Source of the DNA: Lama guanicoe
Lineage: Eukaryota
Length of the DNA stretch: 64,000 nucleotides
Reading direction: 5' to 3'
Assembly (NCBI GenBank): GCA_013239625.1
Contig: MU053482.1
Location: 1,897,168 to 1,961,167, forward strand
The notes beneath the pieces are model-generated. The model was given only the letters and a program-made list of their open reading frames with translations. It was not told the origin of the DNA and searched no databases. Positions 13,181 to 25,325 of the stretch are shown here, one piece after another. Each line of letters begins with the position of its first letter. Positions within the stretch are counted from its first letter, which is position 1. A program made the position numbers and the translations under genes.

Positions 13181-13649
13181 ATTCTTCCAGTGGATGTAAT
13201 AGATTTGGCATGCTGTAAGTGTTCGATAAATATTCTTATCACTATTACTAAGACTTGACTTTCGTTGTACCAGTCCAACGAGCAGAATGAGGGCCACAGA
13301 AAGGTCAAGGGAGCAAGGTGCATGTTAGGGAAAGTGTAATGGAGCAGGGGTGAGGTGGTGCAGGGGTGGGTGGTGGCAAGAGCTGCTTCTGATACTTCTG
13401 ACAGGAACACTGAGGCACACACCCACACAAGATTTACACAGAAGCCAAGAAGTATCCTGTGAAAAGGCCTTGAATTTAGACCACATACAATCACTTTCTG
13501 TGGGCTGCAGGGCCCTGACAGAGAGCACAGAAAAGGCCCCAGATAAGAGTTCACCCAAAGGAGCAATGGTGGCTGTAGAGTGACTTGGGAGTTAGAACCC
13601 AAAGTGGCAGCCTCCCTGTCACTCTGACAAAGTGGCCTTGATAGATAGA

Positions 13650-13775
13650 GGCCCATTTCACAGATTAGAAGACTAAGCACAGATAGGTTAAGTAACGTGC
13701 CCAGGTCACATAGCTAGTAAGGAGTGGAGCTGATATGGAAACCTCAACAATCTAGCTCCAGAGTCGTAACCATTA
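13650..13775 (-). mobile_element. MIR SINE
   Basis: 'cccatttcacagattagaagactaagcacagataggttaagtaacgtgcccaggtcacatagctagtaag'. Confidence 0.85.
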
Positions 13776-14680
13776 TTTGAGACTCATAGGTTTGGGTGTC
13801 AGTAATAGGCTTTGTTTCCCTCTAGGGTGCAAAGAAGTGTGCTGGGACCTATGTCTACTTTACTGCCTAGTCCTTTGCCTGAGAGTGGAATCAAATCTCA
13901 CAGTTGGCTGATGACCCAGGCAGGTGGGGAGCTCTGATCCCCATCTCCCAGGGCCAAGCTGCATCATTGGGAGCATCCCGTAAGAGTTGGTCATTTCCTG
14001 GGCACCTCTCCAGCCTCCACCCCTCCCTCCCAGCCCCTGGCTTTTCACATTTCCCATGTGTCTCTGGAGCTGCCTGGCAAAGCCTCCCTGGTTGGATTCA
14101 ACGGTCCCCAAATCAGCTTACAGTCCCTAGAAGGATGGCCAGTCCCTCCACTCTCCCATTTCTATTCTCCACCATTTTTGGACCCAGGGAAGGGTAAGGT
14201 TGGAGCCCCAAGTCTCCAGGCATCTCCAGAGCTTCCCTAAGAGGCCCTGCAGAATCCAATTTAGAATCTACTATCCTGCTCCAGTCTAAATTCAACTGTT
14301 GACAATTCCAACCTTGTGATCTTAACACCATTTAGAAAGTTATAGCGAATATAAGTCATAAAACACCGTGTCTATATTAGCACTATTAAGGGCCAGAAAC
14401 TCTCATGCAAACAGAAGGTATTGTGCCCAGGGTCTGGCCCAGAGAACATGCCATTAAACTTTAATCTCCCTTCCTTCCATGATTATGTATTGAGCACTTG
14501 TTGTGGGCCTAGGTCTGTGCTGGTTGCTGCAGGAAGTGCTGAAAGACAGAACACTGAGCTTCATGGAGTTAATGGTCTGGCCAGAGACATGGCCAAAAGC
14601 ACTCAATCACAGCATGAGGTTTGAGACCATGACCACAGAGAAGCCCAGGGAGCTGAGGACACAGTCCCCTACCCAGAGGG

Positions 14681-14684
<4 letters not shown>

Positions 14685-14724
<40 letters not shown>
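14685..14724. repeat. (TG)20 microsatellite within a minus-strand L2 remnant
   Basis: Perfect dinucleotide run read directly. Confidence 0.95.
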
Positions 14725-14726
<2 letters not shown>

Positions 14727-15044
14727 TGAAATGGGCAGGGATGGGCTATGGGCCAGGCTGAGCCAAGGTGCTGCAAGGGAGCATGGTGGTGAGAGGAAGG
14801 GATGAGACTGGAGGCAGGCAGATCAAGGAGGACGACTGAAATGGTCAGGAGAAAGATAATGGCTGCCTCTCCTAGGAAAGTGGCAACGGGGTCAGAGATA
14901 AATGATGCTTCAACAGTATTTAGTAGGTTACAGTTAATTATAGCTTCTACTTGTTGAGTGACGACTGTGGCCTATGTGTTAGATCTTTGTGCTTTATATC
15001 CATTATCTCCATCCTTACAGAAATCCTTCCACCGAGGTTCTATG

Positions 15045-15330
15045 AGGCAAATCCTGGCAGAAAGCAGATGGCACCCTCAAACTGAGCACCAGGAGAAGAG
15101 TTTAATTGAAGGACTATGTTCACAGGTGTGAACAGGGTTAAGGAAAGCTCTAAAGAATCGTGTTGTACCCTGGAGCTAGGATGGGTGGGGAGCCATTACC
15201 ACCCCAGGCCAGAAAGGAGATGGAGAGGGAGCCACTATATAGACCCAGAGGGGAGCTGGGGGACGCTTCAGCTGGGGGACACAGTGCGCCTGTGGTGACC
15301 CTGCGGGAAGGGGAACTCAGAGAGGGGTAA
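15045..15330. mobile_element. ERVL LTR fragment (LTR33/LTR41-like)
   Basis: 'cctggcagaaagcagatggcaccctcaaactg...agagtttaattgaaggactatgttcacaggtgtgaacagggttaagg'; related copy at ~49215-49620. Confidence 0.55.
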
Positions 15331-16327
15331 CAACTGCATGAAGGCAGATCAGGCAATCAGCCTCCTGGGCATGGGGTGGGAGAAGACAGGCCTGGAGAGC
15401 CTAGCATGCGGTCAAGGCCAGAGGGCTTGGGGACTGAATGTGGAGGAGGAGAAGGCGTCAAGGGTGACCCAGGTTTTGGCTGGGTGTTGGTGTCAGATGG
15501 TGAGGTGATGCTCTGAGACAGAATCAAAGAGGAAGGAGGGCAGAACTTCTGTGGGCGGAGGCTCCTGCTCCCACTTCAAGGCTCCCATGTGGCTGGTACT
15601 GGCTCTACGGCCTAGAGGACATGCCTCATCTTGCCCCTGGTCTTTATTTCTAAAACAAAGGACTTATCAGATGCATGAAATGGCCTCCTCATGTCCTCCC
15701 ACCCCAGCTCTCCTCTTGCTGCCACCACTCTGGGCCAGCACATGGTACTCAGAGCCCCTTCTTGCCCAGAGACAGCATGTTAGGAAACATGAGTTATCTG
15801 GGGACAGCAAGGGAGACTCGGGCCCAGGCTCTGGAGTCACACAGAACTGAGGTGGGCAGGCACAAACTTGCAGAATTTATCCACTCAGATGTGCAAAAGC
15901 CTAGATCTTTATTTTCTATAATTCATCTCCTCTTGCTCCTGTGCTTGTATTCCCACCGATGACTGGGAAAGGAGTCGGGGAAGGCCTTTAACTCATCAAT
16001 TAAAGACAGCTCGGCCTTTTCCAGTTTAAAACAGTCTCTTTCAGGCTAACTTGACATCTTTTGCAGAAATACTCAGTCTTTCCAAATTCAAATCTGAGGA
16101 CTGTTTTCTCTTTCATTATATCTTCATGCTACTCCCTTCTTTGAAAGGTGGCAGCTGACTGCAGGGGCAGCTGGCACCTCTCGGGGGTGGGGGGGGGCCC
16201 AGGGAAAGGCATCAGGGGCCTGTGCTGCCTGTTGGGCTCTCACTGGTCTCAGACAGTGTGACCAGCTCCCGGTGTCCACTGAGGTGCTGAGCTGAGCTCT
16301 GTCCCAGTTTCCAGTCATGAAGCCCAC

Positions 16328-16720
16328 GTCAGCCAGTATAAACTAGGTTATGCTGTGACAACAAACAGTCCCCAAACCTCAGGGATGTACAACAAAGGTT
16401 TACTTCTCACACAGGGGCTTCAGGAGCCAGCCATGGGCTCCAAGCCGGTCATCACTGTCCTCCCTCCAGGATCCAGGCTGACAGAGCAGCCACCATCCAG
16501 GACCTTGCGAATGAGGCAGCAGAGGGAAGGAGGTGCCATGGGGCTTTCACTTCCGTGGTTGAGTGCCTGTCCTGGAAGTGGCATGTGTCACTGCCGCTCA
16601 TGATGCTTTGACCAGCCACTAGTCATGTGGCCCCACCACAGAGCCAGGATCTCAGTCCTGCCCCAGGCCAGGAAGCGGAGAGAAGCTGGAACCCTTGGCA
16701 AACAGCATAAATTACCACCA
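16328..16720 (-). mobile_element. Old MLT1 (K/L-like) MaLR LTR
   Basis: 'aactaggttatgctgtgacaacaaacagtccccaaacctcag...aacaaaggtttacttctcac...ggatccaggctgacagagcagccacc'. Confidence 0.7.
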
Positions 16721-17669
16721 ACAAAATCCTGGTTCCACAGCCTCCAGTACCTGACTGACCCGGACCTACTTGAATCCATCATCACTCCCCCAGCACCCTC
16801 TCTGCGGGCTAGGAACTCAAATGTGCTTTCTCCACCTCCCACCCCCAGCCCCGACAGAGTGCGGGAAGTCCTGTGAGGCTGCCCTTTGGTTCAGCCACCT
16901 GGATACCTTCCTCGGCTGTTTCAAAACCATTGCCAGGGTTGTACTATCCAGTCCTGGCCCCTATAGAGCTGGGGGCCCCATGAACGAGCTGGTCTTGTCC
17001 CCAGTCTAGGCTGCAACAGGAGAGGAGACACCCCTTCACTGGGAGGTCCCCCAACCCCTGTGGTTTTTCCACACTGGGAAAAACCAAGGCTACAATGGCT
17101 GACCCTTGCCTCACTCCCTGCTCACCGTTTCAGTGGTGTCCACCCCTCTACCTCCTCCGCTGGGAGGGCAACTCCCACTGTGCAACACCCTCCATCCTCC
17201 TCCTGCTGCGGCTTAGAGAAAAACTCTAGATCTGAGTCCCCCAGGCGCGACTTTGTTGTTTAAATGGAGCTTTAGGAACTTAGAAAACCTTCTCTCTCTC
17301 AACCAAGTCTGGCTTGTGACGTGTCCATTTTCTCGTGGACACAGAGGTCCTCTTCAGAAAGTCTACACGTCGAGTCTCTCTCTTTGTTTTCCTACACCCT
17401 GTGCCTCCCCAACATTGGGTGCCTCTGGCTGAACGAGGGGGTTTTTGTGGGGAAGGGGCACTCAACAAATTGAAGGAAAAAAAAATTGTGTGACTTCATT
17501 TAAAAAATATCCTCCCCTTAACTTTGGTTTGAATTCTACCAGGTGTGACCTTGAGCGAGTCACCTAAGCCAGCATCCCTGACAGAGCCTGGGAGCGCCCT
17601 CACTGATAGGAGCTCTCTGGAATCCCCTTCCTGACTCCCTCTGGTCTCTGGTCACCCCTGTTGGTCTCC

Positions 17670-17850
17670 CACTTCTAGTCATGTGACCTTGGGCATTTTG
17701 GTTGACTTTGCCAAGCCTAGTTTTCCTCATCTGTAAACTGGGGACAGTAAGAGCCTCTATTTCCTAGAATTGTTGCATTAAATTATATAAAGCCCCTAAA
17801 ACAGTACGTGGTATGGTAAGTGCTGTGTAAGTGTTAGCCACGACTGTTAC
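17670..17850 (+). mobile_element. MIR SINE
   Basis: 'tgtgaccttgggc...ctagttttcctcatctgtaaactggggacagtaa'. Confidence 0.8.
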
Positions 17851-18166
17851 AGGTATTTTTCCATTTTTCCCTTGGAGAACCCGCGTGCCTCAGAGGCTTT
17901 CGTCCCCAGAATCGGGGTCTGCCCGGTGTGGAGTTAGCTGGTTCCTGCTTCATCTCAAGCTGGCTGCCTTGAAGCCACCCCAGCCCTCATATGCTGGGCC
18001 CCACACTTGGGGGTGCTCTGCCCAGGCCCCCTCAGACCCCCTCACCATTTCTGCGAGCCCCTCCTTGCTCCTGGGGAGCACGTGCCTCTGACTGCTTCAC
18101 ACTGATTTCCCAGCACTGCTGGGGCTGCCAACCAGGTGCCTGGAGGTGACACCCCTGGGTGGACGA

Positions 18167-18414
18167 TATTCATCAGGGGTCTCCAGAGAGACAGAACCAG
18201 TAGGATAGACAATAGATATATATATAAAGGGAGGTTTATTCTAGGAATTGGTTCACATGGTTAAGAAAGTGAAGTCCCATGAGGTGCCTTCTGCAAACTG
18301 GAGAACCAGGAAAGCCAGGGATGTCACTCCATCTGAACCCAAAGGCCTGAGAACCAGGAGCACAGATGCCCAAAGGCAGGAGAAGACAGACAGCCCTGCT
18401 CAAGCAAGAGAGGG
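18167..18414 (-). mobile_element. MLT2 (ERVL) LTR fragment
   Basis: 'ggggtctccagagagacagaaccagtaggata...ggaattggttcacatg...ctgcaaactggagaaccaggaaagcc...aaaggcctgagaaccagg'. Confidence 0.8.
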
Positions 18415-20114
18415 AACCCGCCTTTTCTCTGGGAAGGCTGGGAGGAGAAAGGGAAGAGGGAGGCCCAAGAACCACTGTCCTTTGGAGAGGGTGCCACGCC
18501 GCCCACACTGGCAGCAATGGAAGTTACTAGGAACCTTCTGTTTCAGGGCTTCCCCAGGGTCACCAACTCCCAACACCCCTGGTCTCAGAAAATGGTTGGG
18601 ACAGGAGAAGGCCCTGGGACAAGGACGGGGGAAAGAAAGCACAGACACTGGGCTGGAAACAAGAGAAGGAAACCCCTGGGTGTTCCCCGAGGGCAAGCAG
18701 GGGTAGACCCTGGGGATGACTGCCTGGTCTTGTCCTCTGTCTGGGCCCCCAAATAGTATCCCCCAAATGAGCAAATCCCACCCCCAGACACATACATAAC
18801 CGCAACTCTATACTCATCCAGGACAAAATTCTTTCCCCTCCTAAAACCAAACTCCAGTTCTGTTCCCTAATCCTGACCCCTCTCCTAAGCAACCATGGAG
18901 GCCTCCTTTGATCTCTGACCTGAATCCAGCCTCATGTCAGGCCTACCCTGCCGGAGCCCAGACCCAGCCGCAAGCCTCACTCTTGCTCTGCCCCGACCTT
19001 GAACGTCCTCTGTGAGCCTGACACCTCCCTAGCCTGGGCCAGTCCAGGGCCATGGGTTCAGTAGTTCAGAAGGACCATGGTGGCCACTGGCCTCTGCCCA
19101 CCCCACCCGGCGGGCTATAAGGGACCACCTTAGAGTGGCCGGGGTTCTGACCGGTTCTGGCCGTGTCTGTGCATGATGGATGAGCACCAGCATTATCAGC
19201 ACCATGGGAGGGATTCACCAGTTTCCCTGCCCTCACCTCACCATACTTTCTAAAGCATAGTAAGCTGATTCCATCACTCAACACTGTCTGACTCCATCAC
19301 TGCCCCTGAGGGCTTCCTTGGGGCCAGGACTCGTAAGGCATAGTCCAGTGTACCATCACTTTGCAGATACTGACAGACACACAGTGTCAGCAGTCACACA
19401 TTCTGCTGGCCTCCTGAACAGATGCCACTCCAGGCGCCCCGTGCACCAGCCCCAGTATTCAGGCCCCCAAGCCACCACGAGCACCTCCAACACCTTGGAG
19501 CCTGAAGGAGGCAAAGGCCACCAGAGGTCCCTGTCATACTGTGCCTCCAGCTCCTCTGGAAGGTGACAGAAATCCTAAAATCCTCAGAGGCATTCAGGGA
19601 CCAGTACACACAGGCAGGGGGACATAAGCAGAGCCTGCTGTGGCCTATCTGCCATCACCTTTGCCCTCCGCAACTGTCCCTGCCTTTACTGCTGTCACAG
19701 GACGCCCTGGGCAGTGAGGGGGCAGTGGCCACAGGACCCCTTGTAGGCTTGGGCACTGATGTGGCAGAAAGCGGTTCAGGCAGAAGTCTGCAGGTGACAG
19801 GGAGGAGGGATGCTGTGGCAGAGCCTGGCAGGATCACCCCCGGGGAACCGAAAAGATTGAAGGCAAAGCCCACCTGAAGATGTTAACCACAGACAGCATT
19901 AGGGTCTTATCCCAGGGCTCAGAGGCAGAACCCTGCCAGGAGAAGACGGAGAAGTGTTCCCAGACCTTGGGCCTCAGACTGCGGGGTTGTCCGGCCGAGC
20001 AGCCCCAACGTGCAGGGCTGATGTTAGAGAGCCCCCCACAGCCTCGGGACAGGTAGGGCCCTGCGCCTTGGGGGCCCAGGTGCTCCAGCCTGGCGTAGTG
20101 GCAGGAAAGCAGGG

Positions 20115-20405
20115 TGCTGATGGCAAGGTTTCACCTCAATATAAGAAACAGCGCGCCAATCATCACAGCATCCAATTTAGAAGAAAATCTAAAAAGAAGG
20201 CATGGCATCAACTCTCTGATTGTGGGCTTTGAAGACTGCCTGTAAAACCTCCTCGGTAATTAAGCAGAATGACTCCATTTTGCCACATAAGTATGGTTAT
20301 TGCTCCTGGGTGGCTGCAATTAATATAAAAGCAGCTTAAGGAAGCCGTCATCAAGGCATAATGAGTTTTTAAATATTAATTAATATGTTAATAACTATTC
20401 TAGGT
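20115..20405. promoter_or_regulatory. Putative conserved non-coding element / enhancer
   Basis: AT-rich non-repeat island with GGTAATTAAG, CAATTAAT, CATAATGAG and 14-bp palindrome ATATTAATTAATAT (20373-20386). Confidence 0.55.
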
Positions 20406-22969
20406 TAAGGGTGAGGTTTTGTGCTGTTAGGGATGATTTCTGCTGAGGACCCAGGAATGCCTGCATCCTGCCCTGCGTAACATCCCCTTCCTGGTGGGGG
20501 GTGGAGGGATCCTGAGGGAGCAAGAGCAGAGTGGAGATCAGAGCCCTGTTTTATTAATAGCTATGTGATGCCTAATGCCCAGCACAGCGTCCTGAGCAGC
20601 CAGAAACCGGAATGTTGAGTGCGGCTTCAGTGGGGCCGAGTGCTTCCCCAAATCTAAATGTGGCATCAGCACCTCCCCAGGGCCTGAGGAAAGAGAGTGA
20701 AGCCCCAGGAGAGGTTTTCAGTTCACTTCTCCTCCCAGGACGTGGAACCAGAAGGGATGAGCAGAGGAGCAGTGGCTGCAAGACCCAAGGCTCATGCCCT
20801 GCCTGGGTCAGCGAGATGCCTTGAACCCGAATCAGGGTTTACAAAGACCATGGCCGTGGCCCCAATCCATGTCCTGAGTTCTGACTATGCAGGTTGACAA
20901 AGCCTCCTTTGGCAGGAGCTGGGGGGACAGTGTTCAGAAAAAGGTCTGGGAAGGGGAAAGAAGAGGGTGAAGCACTCCGTTTCTGTTCTCTCTTGACTTT
21001 CTGGTCTACCTAGTTGGGGGGTGCCTCCAGGGTGAGGGGTGGGTTGTGCACAATCAGCAGCCCACTGATACAGTTCTATTCCCAGCTCACTAAGGCCCCT
21101 CCATCAATACCTACTGGAGAGCTGCAGGTCCAGAGGCCTCTGAATAGGTTAGAACAGGACATTAACTGAGTAACTCAAGGCTGTCCCACACACTTAGGCC
21201 GAAAGTTCATCCCCCTTCTATTTCCCTGCTTAAGTTCTGACCAGCCCCATTGCCCCAGCTAGTTCAATGAAGGGGACACTGGGAGCACCAGGGACAGCAG
21301 AGGCGGCAGCAGACTAAGTAGCAGCAAAACCTCCCTCTCTCCACCAAGTCTGAATCTCACCTCTTCTCCCTTCATTACAGAGAATTTAACGTCCAAAATG
21401 AAAGCCCTTTCCATGTTTCCATGTTCAAAATTCTCTCTACCTACTGTTTTTGGCTGTCTCAGAGAGAGAGTGCTTTCCTTGGAGGCCTGAGGGGTGTCTA
21501 GGGTATCTCTTTACCCTTGCAGCCTGGACCAAATTTCTTTGGAGTGGTTTTCAAAGTTATGTAGAGCCAATTCAAAGTCTCTCACCTGTGCCATTTTCCC
21601 TACCGCTCCAAATAAAAACTATTAGCCACAGCCCCAAATAAGGCCATTTGGAAACAAAGGTAGCCAATTTAGTAATAAATAACATTCCCCAAGGGAAGTA
21701 GCAGTCTGACATTTCTATAGGCTGCCAGGGACCACAGCCTGTGTTGGAGCCCTGGGCTGGGGAGAGAACAAAAGTCAGTTTTCAACTCCATCCTGTGTGG
21801 CCTTGAGCGAATCATTTCACCACTGTGGGGCTCAGTTTTCCCCTTCTGCAGAATGGGAATGACAGTCCTGCCCTGCTTGCTTCCCAAAGCTGTGGGGATA
21901 AACCAGGAGGAAGTATTTTATAAACCGTAGAGTGAGGTCCAAGAGGAGAATGCTCTGTAACTGTGTCCCCTCCTCCCTTCCTTGGCGTTCCTCCAAGTGG
22001 ATCAGCTCCAAGGACAAGGTGGCATTGGTGAGGAAAAACCCCTCCCAGGCTCAGCCTGAGCCAGCTCCCAGTCTTCCCACCCCTGCCCCCACCTCCACTC
22101 TCACCCTCAGGCCTCATCTCCTTTCCTAATCCCGCCTCCATCCTTGCTTCCCCACACAGAGTATCCTAAGGCACAGACCTAAGGGTACCTAGTGTTGGGG
22201 TCTGAACTCCTGCACAGGAGTGCACCCCCTGACGCACCCCCCGCCCCGCCCCGCACTCCTCACAGGTTACATCGTGTCAAGGAGCTTTCTCTCCCAGCAA
22301 TCTGCCCAGGGGCGTGAAGAAAGTCCTGAGTGCTGTGAACACGGGGCTCCCACCTTTTGTCCAGATGGTTTCAAACTTGTTGGGACAAAGGGCTGAGCCC
22401 CTTCCAGGGAGGAGTGGCAGCTGGGCTCCCGGAGCAAGGGGAGCTGCAGGGCAAGCTCCCGCGTCAATTAGGACCTGATTAGCGGGGAGGGGGCCAGGTG
22501 GGCTGCTGGCTGGGTGCCGGCTGCTGGCCTCTCCATGGCCGCAGCCTCCCTTCCCTAATTGGCAGTGGAGGCTGGTGGGGTTGGGCACAGACTTCATGCC
22601 GAGAGACAGGAGAGCGCCAGGCCCAGCCTGAATGTTTGTTTCTGATCTCTTCTTGCAGGAAAAAGAGCAAAGCTGCTGAGCGGCTCGCCTCCTGGAGAAG
22701 GGGAAAGGAAGGTTTAAGTGGCGGCCCCCTCCTGCTGCTCGCTGCTCTGGCGCTTGGATGCGGGCTGCAGAGGCAGGTGGAAGGGTGGGGCTCCTGGGCT
22801 TTTCCACACAGCCCCTTCCCACCCTGTCCCCGCCAGGTGTTCATGCCCTGAGGCCCTGCAGGGTGCTGGGGAGATTCCTGAGGGTTTCTGATTCCATGCT
22901 CTACCCCAAGCTAGGAAGGCCACCGGCATTCAGGATGGGCTGCTTGATAACCAGGGAGGTGAATACTTC

Positions 22970-23266
22970 ACATCTGACTTCTGAACATGGAAACATGGCT
23001 GGCGTGACTGAGGAACTCAATTTGTAATTTATTTATTTATTTATTATCAGTCTTTAAAAAAATTTTTTTTCAAAAAAATTTGGGGGGTAATTAGGGTTTT
23101 ACTTATTTATTTTAATGGCAGTACTGGGGATTAAACCCAGGACCTCATATATGCTAAGCGTGCACTCTACCACTGAACTATACCCACCCTCTTTGTAATT
23201 TCATTTAATTTGCGTGCATTTAAAAAGCCACGTGGGGTTAGTGGCAACAGTACTGGACAGCGCAGA
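22970..23266 (+). mobile_element. MER3 (hAT-Charlie) fragment split by a SINE insertion
   Basis: 'atggctggcgtgactgaggaactcaattt' ... 'aaagccacgtggggttagtggcaacagtactggacagcgcag'. Confidence 0.75.
23031..23191 (-). mobile_element. Camelid tRNA-derived SINE (Vic-1-like) with 10-bp TSD TTTGTAATTT
   Basis: Minus strand reads 'gggtatagttcagtggtagagtgcacgcttagcatatatgaggtcctgggtttaatccccagtac' (Pol III A/B boxes) plus A-rich tail; TSD at 23021-23030 and 23192-23201. Confidence 0.85.
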
Positions 23267-23439
23267 TCTAGACAGAAGTGAGGAAAATGTTGCCCAGATT
23301 CCTCCCAGGTCTCTTAGGGGAACCTGAGGAATGACATGACTGTCCTCTGACTCCATCCTCATCATATATAGTCTGGGTCCCTGGACCCAGGAGCCCCAGG
23401 AGCCCCAGGCCCCACTGGCTGGGCTTCCAGGAGCAGTTG

Positions 23440-23690
23440 AGGACTGAGTTTAGAAGCACAGGCTTTGGGGCCAGACTGACTGGAGTTCAAATCCATCCCT
23501 GCTCTGCCACTTATCCACAAGCCACCAAGCTTTTCTGAACCTCCATTTCCTCATCTATAAACTGAGACATAATAAATAGTACTAATATCCACTTCGGGTT
23601 CCTGTGAGGATTGAATGAGTTAATACATATGAAGCACCAAGACTGGTGCCTGGCACCTAGGAAACACTCAATAAATGGGAGTTTTTGTTG
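23440..23690 (+). mobile_element. MIR SINE, near full length, followed by (CAC)n
   Basis: 'ccatttcctcatctataaactgag...tgtgaggattgaatgagttaatacatatgaagcac...gtgcctggcacctaggaaacactcaataaatg'. Confidence 0.85.
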
Positions 23691-24741
23691 TGATCACCAC
23701 CACCACCACCACCACCATCACTAGTTAGCATACAAAGCAGCGGCTAGAATTAGAAGGACGTACTGACAACTGCCTTCTAGAAGGAAGACGACAGACCTTA
23801 AAAATGCAGCTTCAGTCATGAGCTTCTCCTTGAGCAACAGAGTAAAGGCCAAGAGGCAAGAAAACAAACACCACTCTGCCCAATAGTGGGGAGAGGGGGC
23901 GACACCCCTTGCTAACTAAGGAAGTGTGTCCTTTCAGAGTATGGATTCAGACCTAACCATTGCTGCCAACTGGGTAGGGGCTGGGGGAGGAATGCACGTG
24001 TCCAGTGGGATCTGTCAGATGTTACAGGGACAATCAGGCACAAAGCTCACCCCAGTGGGATCAGAGACAGGACAATCTACGCAGAAGCTGCCAAGTCCAC
24101 GGCTGACCACGGGCCTGGGGCTCTTCCTGCCCACAGCTGTCCTGGGAGACCTGAGTGGCACTGGACCTTAAAGGGGATGCGGAGGGGAGGATGGAGCAGT
24201 GCGCCTCCCCCAACCCAGCTGCTCTGAAATGGATGACTGAAGTGGGACTCTGCACTGAGGCAGAAGGACAGATACCTGCTGATAGTGGCTGGCAAGGTTT
24301 TCCTGAGCGTGAGGGTGAGATTCCAGACAGAGGTCTCCCGGAGACCTGGGTGGAGCAGTGGCCCTGGAGCTGGGGGAGGCGGATGAGGTGTAGAGAGCAC
24401 CGGTGTCAACGCCTCCTCTTAGGGTCCTGGGACATTCTGGAGGAAGTCCTGTTGGCAGGAGCTCTAAACTTGCCCCCCATGTAGTATAATTCCCGTCAGT
24501 CCCAGCCCTAGGGGCCGGGAAGCCTGAAGCCCTCCATCTCCACCGGCTCTGGGAAAGAGTGGCATTAGCTATCACCATTCTGGGCGGTGGTGGCAGTCAG
24601 TGGAGAGCCAAGGCCCTCGGTAGAGCTGAGAGCGCCCAGAGACGACCCGTCATGCCAGGGGAGCAGGGTGGAGAGACAGGAGCTTGAGCCCAAGGTGACC
24701 ACGGAGGGCGAGGAGGGTGGGGGGGGGGGGGGGAGGGGGCG

Positions 24742-24818
24742 NNNNNNNNNNNNNNNNNNNNNNNNNNNNNNNNNNNNNNNNNNNNNNNNNNNNNNNNNNN
24801 NNNNNNNNNNNNNNNNNN
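24742..24818. other. Assembly gap (77 N) flanked by a G-run on the left and C-rich run on the right
   Basis: Read directly. Confidence 0.99.
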
Positions 24819-24859
24819 CGCCCCCACCGCCCCCGCCCTCCTCCAGGCCGGGCTGTCAT

Positions 24860-25325
24860 CAGACTCATTGGCTCCCAAGTTCAGAAATGAACTCTGCTCT
24901 AAGTAATTACAGCTCTTCAAGTTTCCCGTCCTCTGTTTAAAGAATTCGTCCTCTCGCCCTCAATGCCCCATCAGCTCCCTAATTAGCAGCGCGCTGCGCG
25001 ATTACACATTCTCCGCAGCTCGCTGGGTCCGGCCCCCTAATGAGTGTTTGTGGACAGCTGGGAGCCAGGCCTGCCGCTGCCGCCCCGCGGAGCCAGGAGT
25101 CAGGGCCCAGGAGTGCGAGCTGTCAGCTCCGTGATGGGGCTGGAGCTGGTCGCAGCCCCGTGGGCCTCCGGGAGGAAAGGCCTTGAAATATAAATGAAGA
25201 TGAATATTCATATTTGGTTCAATAAGTGCCAACTATTAATATACATGTCTGTCGGGAAGAGGAGGCAGTGCAAAGCCAATTTTGCCGGGCATAATTGGGC
25301 TCCTAATTCACAATTAGCCCCGAGC
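24860..25325. promoter_or_regulatory. Putative conserved non-coding element in a CpG-rich patch
   Basis: GTAATTAC, CTAATTAG, CTAATGAG, CATAATTGG, CTAATT..CAATTAG; high CpG retention over ~24560-25170. Confidence 0.6.

Noticed and set aside
23115..23185. tRNA-like sequence (also 51375-51440)
   Set aside because: Head of a SINE with A-rich tail and TSD, not a functional tRNA gene
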